From a virus, in IMG/VR virus record IMGVR_UViG_3300020439_000005, positions 1 to 64,000 of that record: 64,000 nt of DNA; one strand, given 5' to 3'. Made by a program: the position numbers and the translations under genes. The stretch's first letter is position 1, and each line of letters opens with the position of its first letter. This document shows, piece after piece, positions 32,150-41,689 of this stretch. The notes below the pieces were generated by a model. That model made no database searches, was not told the DNA's origin, and saw nothing but the letters and a program-made list of their open reading frames with translations.

Positions 32150-34746
32150 TATATCGTCCCCGATGCTCCACTTCTAACCGACCTTGAGATTATCCTTGGT
32201 AATTCTCTCTCCATCATTCTCTTGATTGAGGCTGAATCTTGATTATCTCCTGTTATATTGATGTCTCCTAAGTTGACGTTAATTACGGTGTCTGAACTCT
32301 TAGCCCTATTATCCGGTTGATTGATTGTTATTCCTTCTCCTATTCTATTGAGTACAGTTGAAGTCAAAGGTATGACTGCCTCTGCCCCTGCCTCACCAAC
32401 CAAAGAAAAGGTTGGAGACGTCACCACACCACCCTTAGCCAATTTTGTTATTGGTCCACCTTCTATGCCTGTGATTCTTCCGAACTCATCTCTCGGTGCG
32501 TCACGCATTCTCCTTGCTCTTTCGTTTGCTAGTTTTATCTGTTGACTGCTACGTGGGTCCTTCAGTTTGTCTCTAAAGCCTCGTAGTTGTTTGATGATTG
32601 GAAGATTCCTTAGTGCGTCCTTTACTCGGTCGGCGGTTCGTATTATGCCCTTCAATGCGTCATCGAATAACTTAGTTGCCTTTTGTACTATCTTTAGTTC
32701 GCCAACCATCCTTCTCAAACCGGGGAATCTTGTGAATGCCTTGCTTATACCTTTACCTAATCCAACGACTATCTTCGTTAGACCCTTTGCGATACCTGCG
32801 AAGTCGGCTACGGTATGGAAAAGGTTGCTGAGTTTTTCGTTTGTGCCTTCAAAGTAAACACCTAGCACACGGAATATGTACCCTACACCGGAGAATACAA
32901 CCATGGCTTCCAATACTAGATTTATGAACGTCGAGAAGATGTTTACTAGACTGCCAAAACTACCATCGAAGTCTGCAATTGCTTGAGCGAACTCAATGAA
33001 TAAACCGAACAGTCTAACAAACGGAGTCACTAATGCAACCATTACTTTTCCTACTTTAGCAAGTGCAGGGAGTATGTTTGCTATCGCCGTAAGGACTTCA
33101 ATGAATAGAGGTATGGTAGTCACTAGAGTGTCTATGGCTTGTGGTAGGTTTTCTTTCAGAGTCTTAGCCAACTGAATTACTTGCGGAGTCAACTGTTCGA
33201 CTAAGCCGCCGGGTTCGTTGAGAGTTTTACCAAAGTCGCTTATGACTCCGTTAGTTTTCTCTCCTTGATACTCCATATCGAATAAGGCTCGGACGAAGTG
33301 AACCCCTAGTGCTAGGGACGCTTCTTCGACCTGTGATTTGAAAACACGCATGGCCTCGAAGGACGATTTTTGCAGAGTCTCAGCGAATCGTATAGTTCGG
33401 CCCTCGGCTTGGAAATTAGCGGCGGCTAATTTATCGAAAGCGTCCACTTGCGACATTAGGCTAAGGACAGCCGTACCACCACGCACACCGAATATCTCCA
33501 ACGCTTGTGCCGCCGTGATATTCGCATCTCGCATCTGATGAAGTAAGTCCGTAAGTGAAGTGAGACCGGTCGTTTGCATCTCTACTGTTTTCAATAATTC
33601 ATCTCCCGATGATTTCAGTTCTGATTGTCTAGCCTCTGCTCTTTTCATGGCAGTTGTTGTCTCCATCAATTCGATATTACGCTTCTGCGTAGTTATGTTG
33701 AGGTTCTCATTCGCAAGTTCTAGTCTTCGTATTTGGTCTAACTCCGATTCATTCAACTCTCTATTTTGTTGAGCGGCTCGGAACCTAATCTCAGAGATTG
33801 CTAGGCTGTTTTTCCTTTCTTGTATGGCGAGGTCGTTGAGTTCACTCTGTAAGCCTTTGACTTCCATGCTAAGGCGTTCCGTAATACGAGTAGTAATTGC
33901 CATCTGATTCATTGTTGCTTTCAATGCTTGATTCGCAGACATACCTGCGTCTGAAAGTACGAAAACGTCGAGATTTAGGTCATTGATTACTTTCCTTGCA
34001 TCGAATGTCGGCTTCAACAACTTGTTGATAGCCATACGCAGACCTGTACCTGCTACGGTACCCCTTAGACCCGCATTACCTAATGCACCAATCGCCGCCG
34101 CCGTCTCCTCAATGCCAACACCTGCGGCGGCGGCAACCGGAGCAACGAACTTCATGGCTTCTCCAAGTGTGACGATGTCGACGTTAGCACTCGTAAACGT
34201 CTGAACGAGAACGTCAGTCGCCTTGTCTAAGTCTCCTATCTCCATACGGAATGCCTTAACTGACGCTACACCAATTGTAGTAGCAGTTTGAATATCGACA
34301 CCACCTGCGATAGCGAACTTAACCAACTTGTCGATTACTTCGTCATCAACCATCTCATTGAAGGACACACCTGCGATAGCCAATACTTCGGCGGCTTGAG
34401 CGGCTTGAGTCGCAGTAAATCTTGTGTTGGCTCCAATGTCCCTAATGGTCTTCTCAAGAACCATAGCCTCACCTGCGGTAGTATTCATAACCGCTTGAGT
34501 ACGCACTAGCGTATCGTTAAACTCAATGAATAGTTCAGAAGATTGTTTGAGGAACCCTGCGGTTAAACCTGCTCCTACTGCTGAAGCACCAAGGGTTATC
34601 GCTCGGAAGTTTGCGTTCATGGCTGTACCGAACCGAGATACCTTCCCACCGGCCATCAAAAGCGACCGACCAACGTCGGACATTCCCTTCTTGAATCCCC
34701 GTGTATCGGCTGTGACTCGGGTCATTATTTCCGTAGTCTCAGCCAT
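32149..34746 (-). CDS. Tail tape measure protein (TP901 type)
   Basis: TRFTATQAAQA, LGEAMKFVAPVA, GLRGTVAGTGLR, IFGVRG, AKGGVV..VGEAGAEAVIPL. Confidence 0.92.
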   Translation of the reverse strand: MAETTEIMTRVTADTRGFKKGMSDVGRSLLMAGGKVSRFGTAMNANFRAITLGASAVGAGLTAGFLKQSSELFIEFNDTLVRTQAVMNTTAGEAMVLEKTIRDIGANTRFTATQAAQAAEVLAIAGVSFNEMVDDEVIDKLVKFAIAGGVDIQTATTIGVASVKAFRMEIGDLDKATDVLVQTFTSANVDIVTLGEAMKFVAPVAAAAGVGIEETAAAIGALGNAGLRGTVAGTGLRMAINKLLKPTFDARKVINDLNLDVFVLSDAGMSANQALKATMNQMAITTRITERLSMEVKGLQSELNDLAIQERKNSLAISEIRFRAAQQNRELNESELDQIRRLELANENLNITTQKRNIELMETTTAMKRAEARQSELKSSGDELLKTVEMQTTGLTSLTDLLHQMRDANITAAQALEIFGVRGGTAVLSLMSQVDAFDKLAAANFQAEGRTIRFAETLQKSSFEAMRVFKSQVEEASLALGVHFVRALFDMEYQGEKTNGVISDFGKTLNEPGGLVEQLTPQVIQLAKTLKENLPQAIDTLVTTIPLFIEVLTAIANILPALAKVGKVMVALVTPFVRLFGLFIEFAQAIADFDGSFGSLVNIFSTFINLVLEAMVVFSGVGYIFRVLGVYFEGTNEKLSNLFHTVADFAGIAKGLTKIVVGLGKGISKAFTRFPGLRRMVGELKIVQKATKLFDDALKGIIRTADRVKDALRNLPIIKQLRGFRDKLKDPRSSQQIKLANERARRMRDAPRDEFGRITGIEGGPITKLAKGGVVTSPTFSLVGEAGAEAVIPLTSTVLNRIGEGITINQPDNRAKSSDTVINVNLGDINITGDNQDSASIKRMMERELPRIISRSVRSGASGTI

Positions 34747-34747
34747 T

Positions 34748-34957
34748 TTATCTCCTCACCATTTGGTTCGCTCTCGCTTTCTGCTCCGCTCGCCTATGTT
34801 GCTCTGCTTCCCTACGGTTTTTCACGGAGAAGGCTGTTGCGAGGAAATGAGCCTCTCTAGGGTCTAATTCTAACCATTGAGGGAGGCCCATGCCAAGATA
34901 GGCGAGCAACTCGAATAAGAACTGACCTTCGTCCGAGGAGGCGTACTCGGACATCAC
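34748..34957 (-). CDS. Tail assembly chaperone, frameshift (GT-type) extension
   Basis: In the -1 frame of the upstream chaperone, directly before the tape measure gene. Confidence 0.75.
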   Translation of the reverse strand: MMSEYASSDEGQFLFELLAYLGMGLPQWLELDPREAHFLATAFSVKNRREAEQHRRAEQKARANQMVRR

Positions 34958-34966
34958 TCTAAAGGG
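34931..34966 (-). other. Programmed -1 ribosomal frameshift signal
   Basis: Slippery C CCU UUA (34960-34966), 7-nt spacer, hairpin GUCCGAG/CUCGGAC (34931-34952). Confidence 0.75.
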
Positions 34967-35271
34967 GTGTTAACTGCATCCATTATCGCTGATGTTAACT
35001 CGGCTATCAAAGAGAGAGGTAGTTGTTGGAACTTGCCCCATGTGAGCGTTCCGTCGCATTTCTGCATCATCTCGAAGACCATGAGCATACCTAGTTTCTC
35101 AGCCTTGTCTTCTTCGCTTAGTCCCGTTAGTTCGGGGTTCGATTTGAGACCGTTGTACTCTCTCATTGAAAGAGGTAAAACTTGAATCTCATCGACACCC
35201 ATTTTCAAGGGTTTTACATCTACTGTTATGGGTTCTGAAGCCCGTTCTATTGCTGTATCAAGCCAACTCAT
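34954..35271 (-). CDS. Tail assembly chaperone (G-type)
   Basis: Between tail tube and tape measure; ends in a slippery site. Confidence 0.75.
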   Translation of the reverse strand: MSWLDTAIERASEPITVDVKPLKMGVDEIQVLPLSMREYNGLKSNPELTGLSEEDKAEKLGMLMVFEMMQKCDGTLTWGKFQQLPLSLIAELTSAIMDAVNTPLE

Positions 35272-35283
35272 TTTTTATCACCA

Positions 35284-35721
35284 TCAGGAGTCAGTAGCGG
35301 TGTAGGTCCATGTTAACGCTTCAAAAGATGCGTTTATCATTAACGGTCCCTCTCCTCCCGCTTCTAGTCCTTCGATTGCTAAATCGGTAAAGACGCAATT
35401 ACTCAATTTGAAAACTTTGGTACCTGTCGTGGTACCTACTGCCTGTGTTCCGGCGGCGGCGAATCGAATCTCAAACTCCTCATCGTTAGTGAACATGTCG
35501 TGAAGTTCCGAGGATTTGATACCCCATGAAGCGGTAAGAGAACCCGATGCGGATTTTAGTCCACGGGTGTTAGCAGTTGCATAGGACGAGCCTAGTTCGA
35601 CGTATTTTCCGGTAGCGGCGGCAAGGGTAAAATCACCTTGCACATAGCCTACTAAGGCACTTGTTGAAGTACCGCTAGTGCGGATAGAACCCGTGACTCC
35701 TGTAAACTCATGTAAAGCCAT
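35284..35721 (-). CDS. Major tail tube protein
   Basis: 145 aa beta-rich; RGLKSASGSLT, FKLSNCVF, SFEAL; position. Confidence 0.7.
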   Translation of the reverse strand: MALHEFTGVTGSIRTSGTSTSALVGYVQGDFTLAAATGKYVELGSSYATANTRGLKSASGSLTASWGIKSSELHDMFTNDEEFEIRFAAAGTQAVGTTTGTKVFKLSNCVFTDLAIEGLEAGGEGPLMINASFEALTWTYTATDS

Positions 35722-35743
35722 TAAGCAAAACGGAGTCAGAGGA

Positions 35744-35753
35744 GGGTATTAAC
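35744..35753 (-). promoter_or_regulatory. Class C (structural gene) promoter
   Basis: GTTAATACCC, 22 nt to ATG 35721. Confidence 0.65.
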
Positions 35754-35761
35754 TGACTCGG

Positions 35762-36106
35762 TTAGGCTTCAACCACTTCTGCGTCCTGTTCGGGCATAGC
35801 GGTTGCGTCTAAGGCCAACCGTACGGCCCTTTCGAGGCAGTCAGAGCAGTTGTCTCTGTCGGTCACGTATGACCAAAGGGAAGTGGATTCTTCGGTGTTA
35901 GGGGTACCCCACCAATGGTCTCTACCGATGCAGGTTAAGGCTCCCTTGAATGAGTTGTTTTGGTCCACGATTTGCTCACCGCATAGGGTCAAGCGATAGC
36001 CGTAGGAGTCAGTACCCCTTCGGACGATATGCGTCTTGCGAGACGTCATGTCGTAGTCGGAACAATAGTGGGTCGTGTGCTGTTGTACATATTCAATGTC
36101 TTCCAT
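35762..36106 (-). CDS. Hypothetical Cys/His protein (class A promoter)
   Basis: H...CGE...CSDC possible zinc site; ATG 22 nt from the TATA box. Confidence 0.65.
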   Translation of the reverse strand: MEDIEYVQQHTTHYCSDYDMTSRKTHIVRRGTDSYGYRLTLCGEQIVDQNNSFKGALTCIGRDHWWGTPNTEESTSLWSYVTDRDNCSDCLERAVRLALDATAMPEQDAEVVEA

Positions 36107-36128
36107 GTTTAAGCGGAAGGGGTTGGCC

Positions 36129-36152
36129 TATATAATATGTTCGTTTTGTGAA
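36129..36152 (-). promoter_or_regulatory. Class A promoter
   Basis: TTCACAAAACGAACATATTATATA. Confidence 0.8.
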
Positions 36153-36437
36153 TTAGTAGTATCTTCTATTATCCCAACGCCGAGATACTTGATTAGACAA
36201 CACCTTGCGTGGTTTTATCTTACCATCGAACGGGTCGATACAGTACCAACCCGGTTCCCTGTCCTCATCCCTTTCTTTGATGCACAGGTCGCACATGTGC
36301 TTGGAGTATTTGTTGTGCTTGTCTGCTTCCGGTACTAACTTTCTAAGCCTCTCAATCGTCTCGTCTCGGGAGTCACCAAACTTCAATTGAATGTCGCAGG
36401 TTCGCCCGTGAACTTTGCATCTATGTTTGCACTTCAC
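36153..36437 (-). CDS. Small basic Cys/His-rich protein
   Basis: CKHRCKVH..C..HMCDLC. Confidence 0.55.
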   Translation of the reverse strand: MKCKHRCKVHGRTCDIQLKFGDSRDETIERLRKLVPEADKHNKYSKHMCDLCIKERDEDREPGWYCIDPFDGKIKPRKVLSNQVSRRWDNRRYY

Positions 36438-37768
36438 AGTCCAACCCTCGAATTATTACCTAGAGGATGAGGAGACTTTGAGGCGTCCCTTAGTATTCCC
36501 TCGACTTGAGTTGTTATGTCGTTCCAATCGAAGTTTTCGAGTGCAAACTCTCTTGCGTTCTTGCTCATGGTCTGACGCAGTTCCGTATCTAGCGAGATGT
36601 CTAACATGGCTTGTGCCTGTTTCACAACGTCGACCAAACCCATGTTTACTCCCCACTTTGGTCCTGTGATGAATGTCGAACATGGAATTAGGAATCCTCT
36701 TTCGTTATCGCCAATCAATTCCGGTCCTGTCGAGTTATCGGGTAGGATGCAAGGTAGGCCGCAAGCCATGGCTTCGGCAGTTGGAATGCCAAATCCTTCT
36801 CCACCTGTTGCTAGTATGTGTACGTCCGATAATTGGTACAATGCGGCCATTTGCTCGGTCGATAACCCATGTAAAGGATTAGCAGAGGAGTCACTAAACA
36901 TGACGTTCTCTCGTAGTCCTAGTTGCTCGACTAGGACAGGCAAGTCCCAACCACCCATGCCGTAGGAATCAGTTGGGTCTCCACAATGAATAATCAGACC
37001 CACCGATGATGGGTCGGGATGACGGTCTAGCATAAGTCGGAACGATTCTAACAATCGAGGTTGCTGTTTCCTATTTGTGTTCTTACCTACGGATAGGAAT
37101 ACAAACTCCCAAGGTATGTTCATTTGCTGTCGCATCAAAAGTTTGTCTGCAACTGAAATAGGTTTGAATGTCTTGAGTTCAACACCATGATACAATACGT
37201 CTCCATAGTTCTCATTGTATCTGTCTAACATAGGGTCTCTGAGAGATTCGGGAGCGGTTCCTTCGCTACCTAGCCAATTGATGTATGACTCGAATTGCTC
37301 ACGACCATAGTTAGCCATCCATAGGGGCGTGTGTAGCAGTTTGAATATGTCCTTCCACTTGTATGATAGGGGATAGCCGTCAACGGGCATATACGCAACG
37401 TATGGGGTGCCTCTGAGGTTAGTTGCTATTACGTTCTTACCTATGAACCAAGGGTCGATTAGGCTAATCACAACGTCCGGCTTTAGGCGGTCAATCGTGG
37501 CACCAATAACAGTCTCTCCGTCTTGATTGAGTTTCTCTCCTCCGAACTCACCTATTCCGGCGTGTACCATAGTCCAACCTTCGGGGTGTTTGAAGTCCTC
37601 TCCGTTGTAGTCCCACCCCATGACGTACACTTCATGGCCTCTCTTGACTAATCTCTTGCAGATGGCTCTAGTGACTACGGCGTACCCTGTCGGTCGTGTG
37701 GGTTGCTCACTCATCCATAGAATCTTCAATCGCTTGCCCTTGGGTTTTGACTTTCGCTTCTTCCCCAT
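36434..37768 (-). CDS. Glycosyltransferase family 4 (GT-B fold)
   Basis: PTGYA, YHGVE, VGKNTNRK, GEGFGIPTAEAMACGLP, FDW. Confidence 0.92.
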   Translation of the reverse strand: MGKKRKSKPKGKRLKILWMSEQPTRPTGYAVVTRAICKRLVKRGHEVYVMGWDYNGEDFKHPEGWTMVHAGIGEFGGEKLNQDGETVIGATIDRLKPDVVISLIDPWFIGKNVIATNLRGTPYVAYMPVDGYPLSYKWKDIFKLLHTPLWMANYGREQFESYINWLGSEGTAPESLRDPMLDRYNENYGDVLYHGVELKTFKPISVADKLLMRQQMNIPWEFVFLSVGKNTNRKQQPRLLESFRLMLDRHPDPSSVGLIIHCGDPTDSYGMGGWDLPVLVEQLGLRENVMFSDSSANPLHGLSTEQMAALYQLSDVHILATGGEGFGIPTAEAMACGLPCILPDNSTGPELIGDNERGFLIPCSTFITGPKWGVNMGLVDVVKQAQAMLDISLDTELRQTMSKNAREFALENFDWNDITTQVEGILRDASKSPHPLGNNSRVGL

Positions 37769-37824
37769 GAGTTAATGCGGGAAGTGACGGGTTTTGAACC
37801 AATCGCTCGAACTTAAGATTCGGC

Positions 37825-38214
37825 TTAGATAACAAAACGAGACCTAAGCGTCGCCGTAGGTCGAGAGTCTAGCCCGTGTTGCAGAGTTCCCGAGCCACCG
37901 AATGTCTTGTACTTCTCATCATCAAGCAAAAGTCGATTTCCACTTGTAGTTAGTTTGGGTGTTATCGAGTCACTTTGGTCAGTCGACCAACCGGCTCTAA
38001 TTACACCAACCAAGCCCGGTCTAGTCGATAGCACGTTTGTACCACTAATTGCATACTTAGCAGTAGGTGTGCCAACTCCTGTGCCGTCTAGGAAGTCAGA
38101 GAGGCTGTCGATTAGAGTCTCGGCAGTCGAGGTCTCTGAGGACCACGTAGCGAGACCATACCATACGGGATTACGGAATATCAGTCGAATAGTCTCGTAC
38201 CGTTGACGTTCCAT
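37825..38214 (-). CDS. Hypothetical, possibly virion-associated protein
   Basis: 129 aa ORF, S/T/G-rich. Confidence 0.55.
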   Translation of the reverse strand: MERQRYETIRLIFRNPVWYGLATWSSETSTAETLIDSLSDFLDGTGVGTPTAKYAISGTNVLSTRPGLVGVIRAGWSTDQSDSITPKLTTSGNRLLLDDEKYKTFGGSGTLQHGLDSRPTATLRSRFVI

Positions 38215-38217
38215 GTG

Positions 38218-38556
38218 CTATGAATAGCGATTCGGTTTAATTGAATAGTCCTTGAGAAAGATTGACTTAGGTTTACTCTGAGATGGTTTACGTTGTGTTT
38301 GAGAGTCAACTAGATTCGTTCTTATGAAGATGCGATACCACTTGTCGTAATTATTCCAAGCGTCTCCATACTTCTCTTTGAGATACTCGTCCCACCCTTT
38401 GAGAGTCGGGTCTAACTTCTTGCACTTAGGACAGGCTTTGATTTCATGTAAATGCCTTTCAGTAGCAACGTACTTCTCGGGCCAACCTTTCTTTTCAGTA
38501 CCGCATAGGTACTTGTATTGACTACTGTCTCTATGCAACAAAGGAGCCTTCGGCAT
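38218..38556 (-). CDS. Hypothetical basic protein with putative zinc site
   Basis: H..LCG..CPKC. Confidence 0.55.
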   Translation of the reverse strand: MPKAPLLHRDSSQYKYLCGTEKKGWPEKYVATERHLHEIKACPKCKKLDPTLKGWDEYLKEKYGDAWNNYDKWYRIFIRTNLVDSQTQRKPSQSKPKSIFLKDYSIKPNRYS

Positions 38557-38765
38557 TACAACGCCTCATGTCCTTCGGGAAGATGCTTGACCCTGCGGTC
38601 TTGCATGTTCTCTAGTAGTTTGCATATTTGGGCTGATGCTTTGTCGAAGCGGTCTTGACTATGCTTGTCTGTGACTAAGTCACGCTTCACGTCTGTTAGG
38701 TCTATTGAAGTGAGAATGTGTTGTAGTATTTCCCACTCGGCATGTTTGATACTTGCGGCTCTCAT
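38556..38765 (-). CDS. Hypothetical protein (~69 aa)
   Basis: Likely start MRAASIK at 38765, which avoids overlap with the HNH gene. Confidence 0.5.
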   Translation of the reverse strand: MRAASIKHAEWEILQHILTSIDLTDVKRDLVTDKHSQDRFDKASAQICKLLENMQDRRVKHLPEGHEAL

Positions 38766-38797
38766 ACACCTAAGAGGGGCTTTGTGTATTTCAACCT

Positions 38798-39160
38798 TTA
38801 GTACATTTTTCTTCTGCCTTGTTGCTTCGCAGTCTCCATTCTGTGATGATTGGCACAGAGAGGGCGGCACTTGGCTACTTCTTCCATGATGCGCTTCCAA
38901 CTGTACCCATTAGCCACCATCTCAGAGATTGCGAACTCCTTTGTATTGGGGTCTAAATGATGGAAGTCGATGACGTCGGGGTCTCCCTTGAACCCACATA
39001 CGTCACACGCTACTTGTGACTTGTACTGTGCCCATTTGTACCTAATTTGGGCCTTCCTTTCCTTCACACGTTTACGGTGATAATCTCGGTTCCTATGGTA
39101 GTATGCCTTCTGATACTCCCTATTGTATGCCCTGCGTTTAGCGGGGTCCTTGTAAGGCAT
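38798..39160 (-). CDS. HNH endonuclease
   Basis: CDVCG..IDFHHLDP..K..EVAKCRPLCANHHR. Confidence 0.85.
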   Translation of the reverse strand: MPYKDPAKRRAYNREYQKAYYHRNRDYHRKRVKERKAQIRYKWAQYKSQVACDVCGFKGDPDVIDFHHLDPNTKEFAISEMVANGYSWKRIMEEVAKCRPLCANHHRMETAKQQGRRKMY

Positions 39161-39181
39161 TGAACCGTCAGTCGAATAGGA

Positions 39182-39191
39182 GGGTATTAAC
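39182..39191 (-). promoter_or_regulatory. Class C promoter
   Basis: GTTAATACCC, 21 nt to ATG 39160. Confidence 0.65.
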
Positions 39192-39564
39192 TGTGCTTTT
39201 CTTTGTACTCATCAGAGGCTAGTAATGTGTCTAGCATTCCTTGGCGAGTAAGACTACCTAGAGGGTTGATTGCTCGTAGGTAGTGCTTCCTACCACCTAT
39301 GTCCGCCTCTCTGCCTAGGATGGCTTGATAAGCGGCTTCTACGAAGTCCTCTGCGGACATAGCCATTGGGTCTGTGTTGGGGAGATTCATGTTGCCTTTC
39401 GAGACTTTGACTTTCTCCTCAACAACTTCTTCGGTAGTCTCCTCAGAATATAGGTGGTCATTGATTCTTTCAATCAAGACGGACTTAGTACCGTTAGTCT
39501 TCAGACCATGCTCCTCGCATAGTGATATTAGTTCGGCTTTCAATAGAGACGAAAGGTCATCCAT
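39187..39564 (-). CDS. SAP domain + DUF4214-like domain protein
   Basis: LSSLLKAELISLCEEHGLKTNGTKSVLIERI (SAP); FVEAAYQAILGREAD..G..HY..LLASDEY (DUF4214). Confidence 0.75.
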   Translation of the reverse strand: MDDLSSLLKAELISLCEEHGLKTNGTKSVLIERINDHLYSEETTEEVVEEKVKVSKGNMNLPNTDPMAMSAEDFVEAAYQAILGREADIGGRKHYLRAINPLGSLTRQGMLDTLLASDEYKEKHS

Positions 39565-39597
39565 ACAAAAGCCTCGGTGATTCGTGGTTTATGACTA

Positions 39598-39990
39598 TCA
39601 CGGTTCAAGACCGCCGTAGTTCAGTAGTTTTACCGTACCGTTTGCTAAGGCGTCCCGTAGAGTTATACTATCGCAGACTTCAGACTCGTAGTAGGTCCCA
39701 TTCGGAATTGTGAGATACATTAGACGGGAACCTGCGATTTCTGCTAAGTATGGTGTTTCATTATCGACCGTTCCATTGATTAGAAATAGATAATAGAAAT
39801 CATCTCCTTCAATGTATATCCGTTTGTCTTCAACTGTACCACCAACCCAATAGCATTCTCCATCGAGCCATGGGAAGTGAGCGGTTGGGTATGTGGCAGG
39901 GGACGTTATCACGAATCCCATAGAAAAGGTACTAACGAATACCATTAGCACTACGGCAAGGGGCATCCCTCGACCCACCTTTTCAGACAC
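39598..39990 (-). CDS. Membrane-anchored hypothetical protein
   Basis: N-terminal hydrophobic helix LAVVLMVFVSTFSMGFVI. Confidence 0.6.
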   Translation of the reverse strand: MSEKVGRGMPLAVVLMVFVSTFSMGFVITSPATYPTAHFPWLDGECYWVGGTVEDKRIYIEGDDFYYLFLINGTVDNETPYLAEIAGSRLMYLTIPNGTYYESEVCDSITLRDALANGTVKLLNYGGLEP

Positions 39991-40036
39991 AAACCGCCGA
40001 GTGTTTGGTGGTTTATGCCTGTGAGTTTTGAACCGC

Positions 40037-40375
40037 TCAAACTGCTTCGACTTCGGTTATACCGTGAACGGCTCTGTAAACCCACTCTGATACGCAGATT
40101 GCGTCGCAACCACTTCCGATTCCTTGGTGAACGATTATGTTCTCCTGTCCGTATGTGTCGTGCAATTCGTCAGCAGTAAGTCCGACTCCTAGGCCATATA
40201 CCCCATAGAAGCCTCTAGGTCCTACTCCGTTCTCGTCGTTTAGGTCGTGGCGGTTGCCATTGTATGAACCCAATAGAGGGACTGTAATGTGGTCAAACCA
40301 CCCTAGGAATACGAATGATTCCGAATAGTTGTGTCCGATTGAGCGTAGTATTTGGTCTGTCGTTAGTGTGGTCAT
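40037..40375 (-). CDS. Hypothetical protein (class A promoter, short leader with GGAG SD)
   Basis: ORF plus promoter at 40411-40434. Confidence 0.65.
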   Translation of the reverse strand: MTTLTTDQILRSIGHNYSESFVFLGWFDHITVPLLGSYNGNRHDLNDENGVGPRGFYGVYGLGVGLTADELHDTYGQENIIVHQGIGSGCDAICVSEWVYRAVHGITEVEAV

Positions 40376-40410
40376 GTTGGTTGTCTCCGCTTTATGGGAG
40401 CAAGCATGAC

Positions 40411-40434
40411 TATATGAATGTATTGTTTTGTGAA
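40411..40434 (-). promoter_or_regulatory. Class A promoter
   Basis: TTCACAAAACAATACATTCATATA. Confidence 0.75.
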
Positions 40435-40944
40435 CTACTCATTCCAACGAACCATTACGGTGTGCTGAGATTGGTAGCCGATGCAATCACCCTCTGCATC
40501 TCCACCCATTCCTTTCTTCGGCGACATCATATCGACGGCTTTCGTTTCTTCAGAACGAACCACTTTGATGAAATGGTAAGGAGTTCCGTCAACTCCCTCA
40601 CCTGTTAAGTCCGGTCGGGTGAGTGACCCTTTGTTCATGAGAGCGGTAAACACACGATACAACTTCCAATGCTTCGCTCGGGTATCGGCATAAAGTGTGA
40701 CTATCATGAATTGAGTTCCTCGCCTAGGCATAGTATCGCTATCACCTGCAAGATGAGTGTCTTCGGCCATACCATAACCCGGCATGATTGAGATTTGGAA
40801 TGTCTTTTGTTGCTTGAAGTTGAGCCACCCTGTATTGACTACGACAGTCCATGAGCCGTCGGGTGAATCCATGTGGTCCGTGATTAGGGTCGAGAGCATT
40901 GTATGAGGGTCCGTAGTTGGTACTCCTGTATCAGCAATCGCCAT
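40435..40944 (-). CDS. Putative tail terminator/completion protein
   Basis: Position after the adaptor; size and alpha/beta pattern; likely start MAIAD at 40944. Confidence 0.5.
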   Translation of the reverse strand: MAIADTGVPTTDPHTMLSTLITDHMDSPDGSWTVVVNTGWLNFKQQKTFQISIMPGYGMAEDTHLAGDSDTMPRRGTQFMIVTLYADTRAKHWKLYRVFTALMNKGSLTRPDLTGEGVDGTPYHFIKVVRSEETKAVDMMSPKKGMGGDAEGDCIGYQSQHTVMVRWNE

Positions 40945-41021
40945 TGAATATGTCCTCCAAACATTTAGTGAACATTCGACACGTACTGTAAGCACGTGGA
41001 GTCTCTATGACTCGTATCGTC

Positions 41022-41669
41022 TTAATAGTAGTAGTGCGGTCTTTTGGCTTTGTATTGACCATACGACGCTACCTCCACTAATCCCATTTGTTTGACCCGC
41101 TCAAGCATCTCCATGTACTCCTTTTCAGTAGTAGCGAGAAGGGGTCTCCAAAACTCCTTCATTCGCTCGGTGCAGTTCTCGTCGTTGAGAGCCGCTCTCG
41201 CACATTGACGGACGACTAACATAATAGTTGCCATCTTAGCCTCGATAGGAGCCGAAGTCTCTCCATAGGTATATGTGACCTTTACATATTGCCTCAGAGA
41301 TTCAGCCCACGGAGCGTGGAAGCGAATAATACCTGCCTCTGCATCTTCAAGCCACCAATCATGGCTAGCCCGATTACGTCCTTCATTTAATGTGGTTTCA
41401 TTACCGGAACTATCGAGTGTGACTACTGATGATACAGATACGACAGGACGTTTACTGAGGCTAAGATGGTTAAGTGCGTAGTCAACGTCAAAATGTTCTG
41501 TTGCCGACGTAGTACCGGCTAACTGCCGACCTGCGTACGCATCAATCATTCTTGACGCATTGGTTATCATCGTCGCTATCTGAGCGTCGGTTGGACCGAT
41601 ACCGTCAGAGAAGTTTACCCCTGCGTATATCTCCACGTCTTCTAGTGTACAGTAGTCTACTGCGGCCAT
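41022..41669 (-). CDS. Head-tail adaptor (gp6/gp15-like)
   Basis: YCTLEDVE, ASRMIDAYAGR, PVVSVSSV, VKVTYTYG..P; follows the capsid gene. Confidence 0.8.
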   Translation of the reverse strand: MAAVDYCTLEDVEIYAGVNFSDGIGPTDAQIATMITNASRMIDAYAGRQLAGTTSATEHFDVDYALNHLSLSKRPVVSVSSVVTLDSSGNETTLNEGRNRASHDWWLEDAEAGIIRFHAPWAESLRQYVKVTYTYGETSAPIEAKMATIMLVVRQCARAALNDENCTERMKEFWRPLLATTEKEYMEMLERVKQMGLVEVASYGQYKAKRPHYYY

Positions 41670-41689
41670 AGAGATACCTCACGCTAAGT

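Noticed and set aside
35732-35746. 12-nt matches (GTCAGAGGAGGG, GGAGTCAGAGGA) to the 16 kb RNA locus, suggesting antisense targeting of the tail tube gene
   Set aside because: Short, and located between the promoter and the predicted transcription start, so not in the mRNA; compatible with chance
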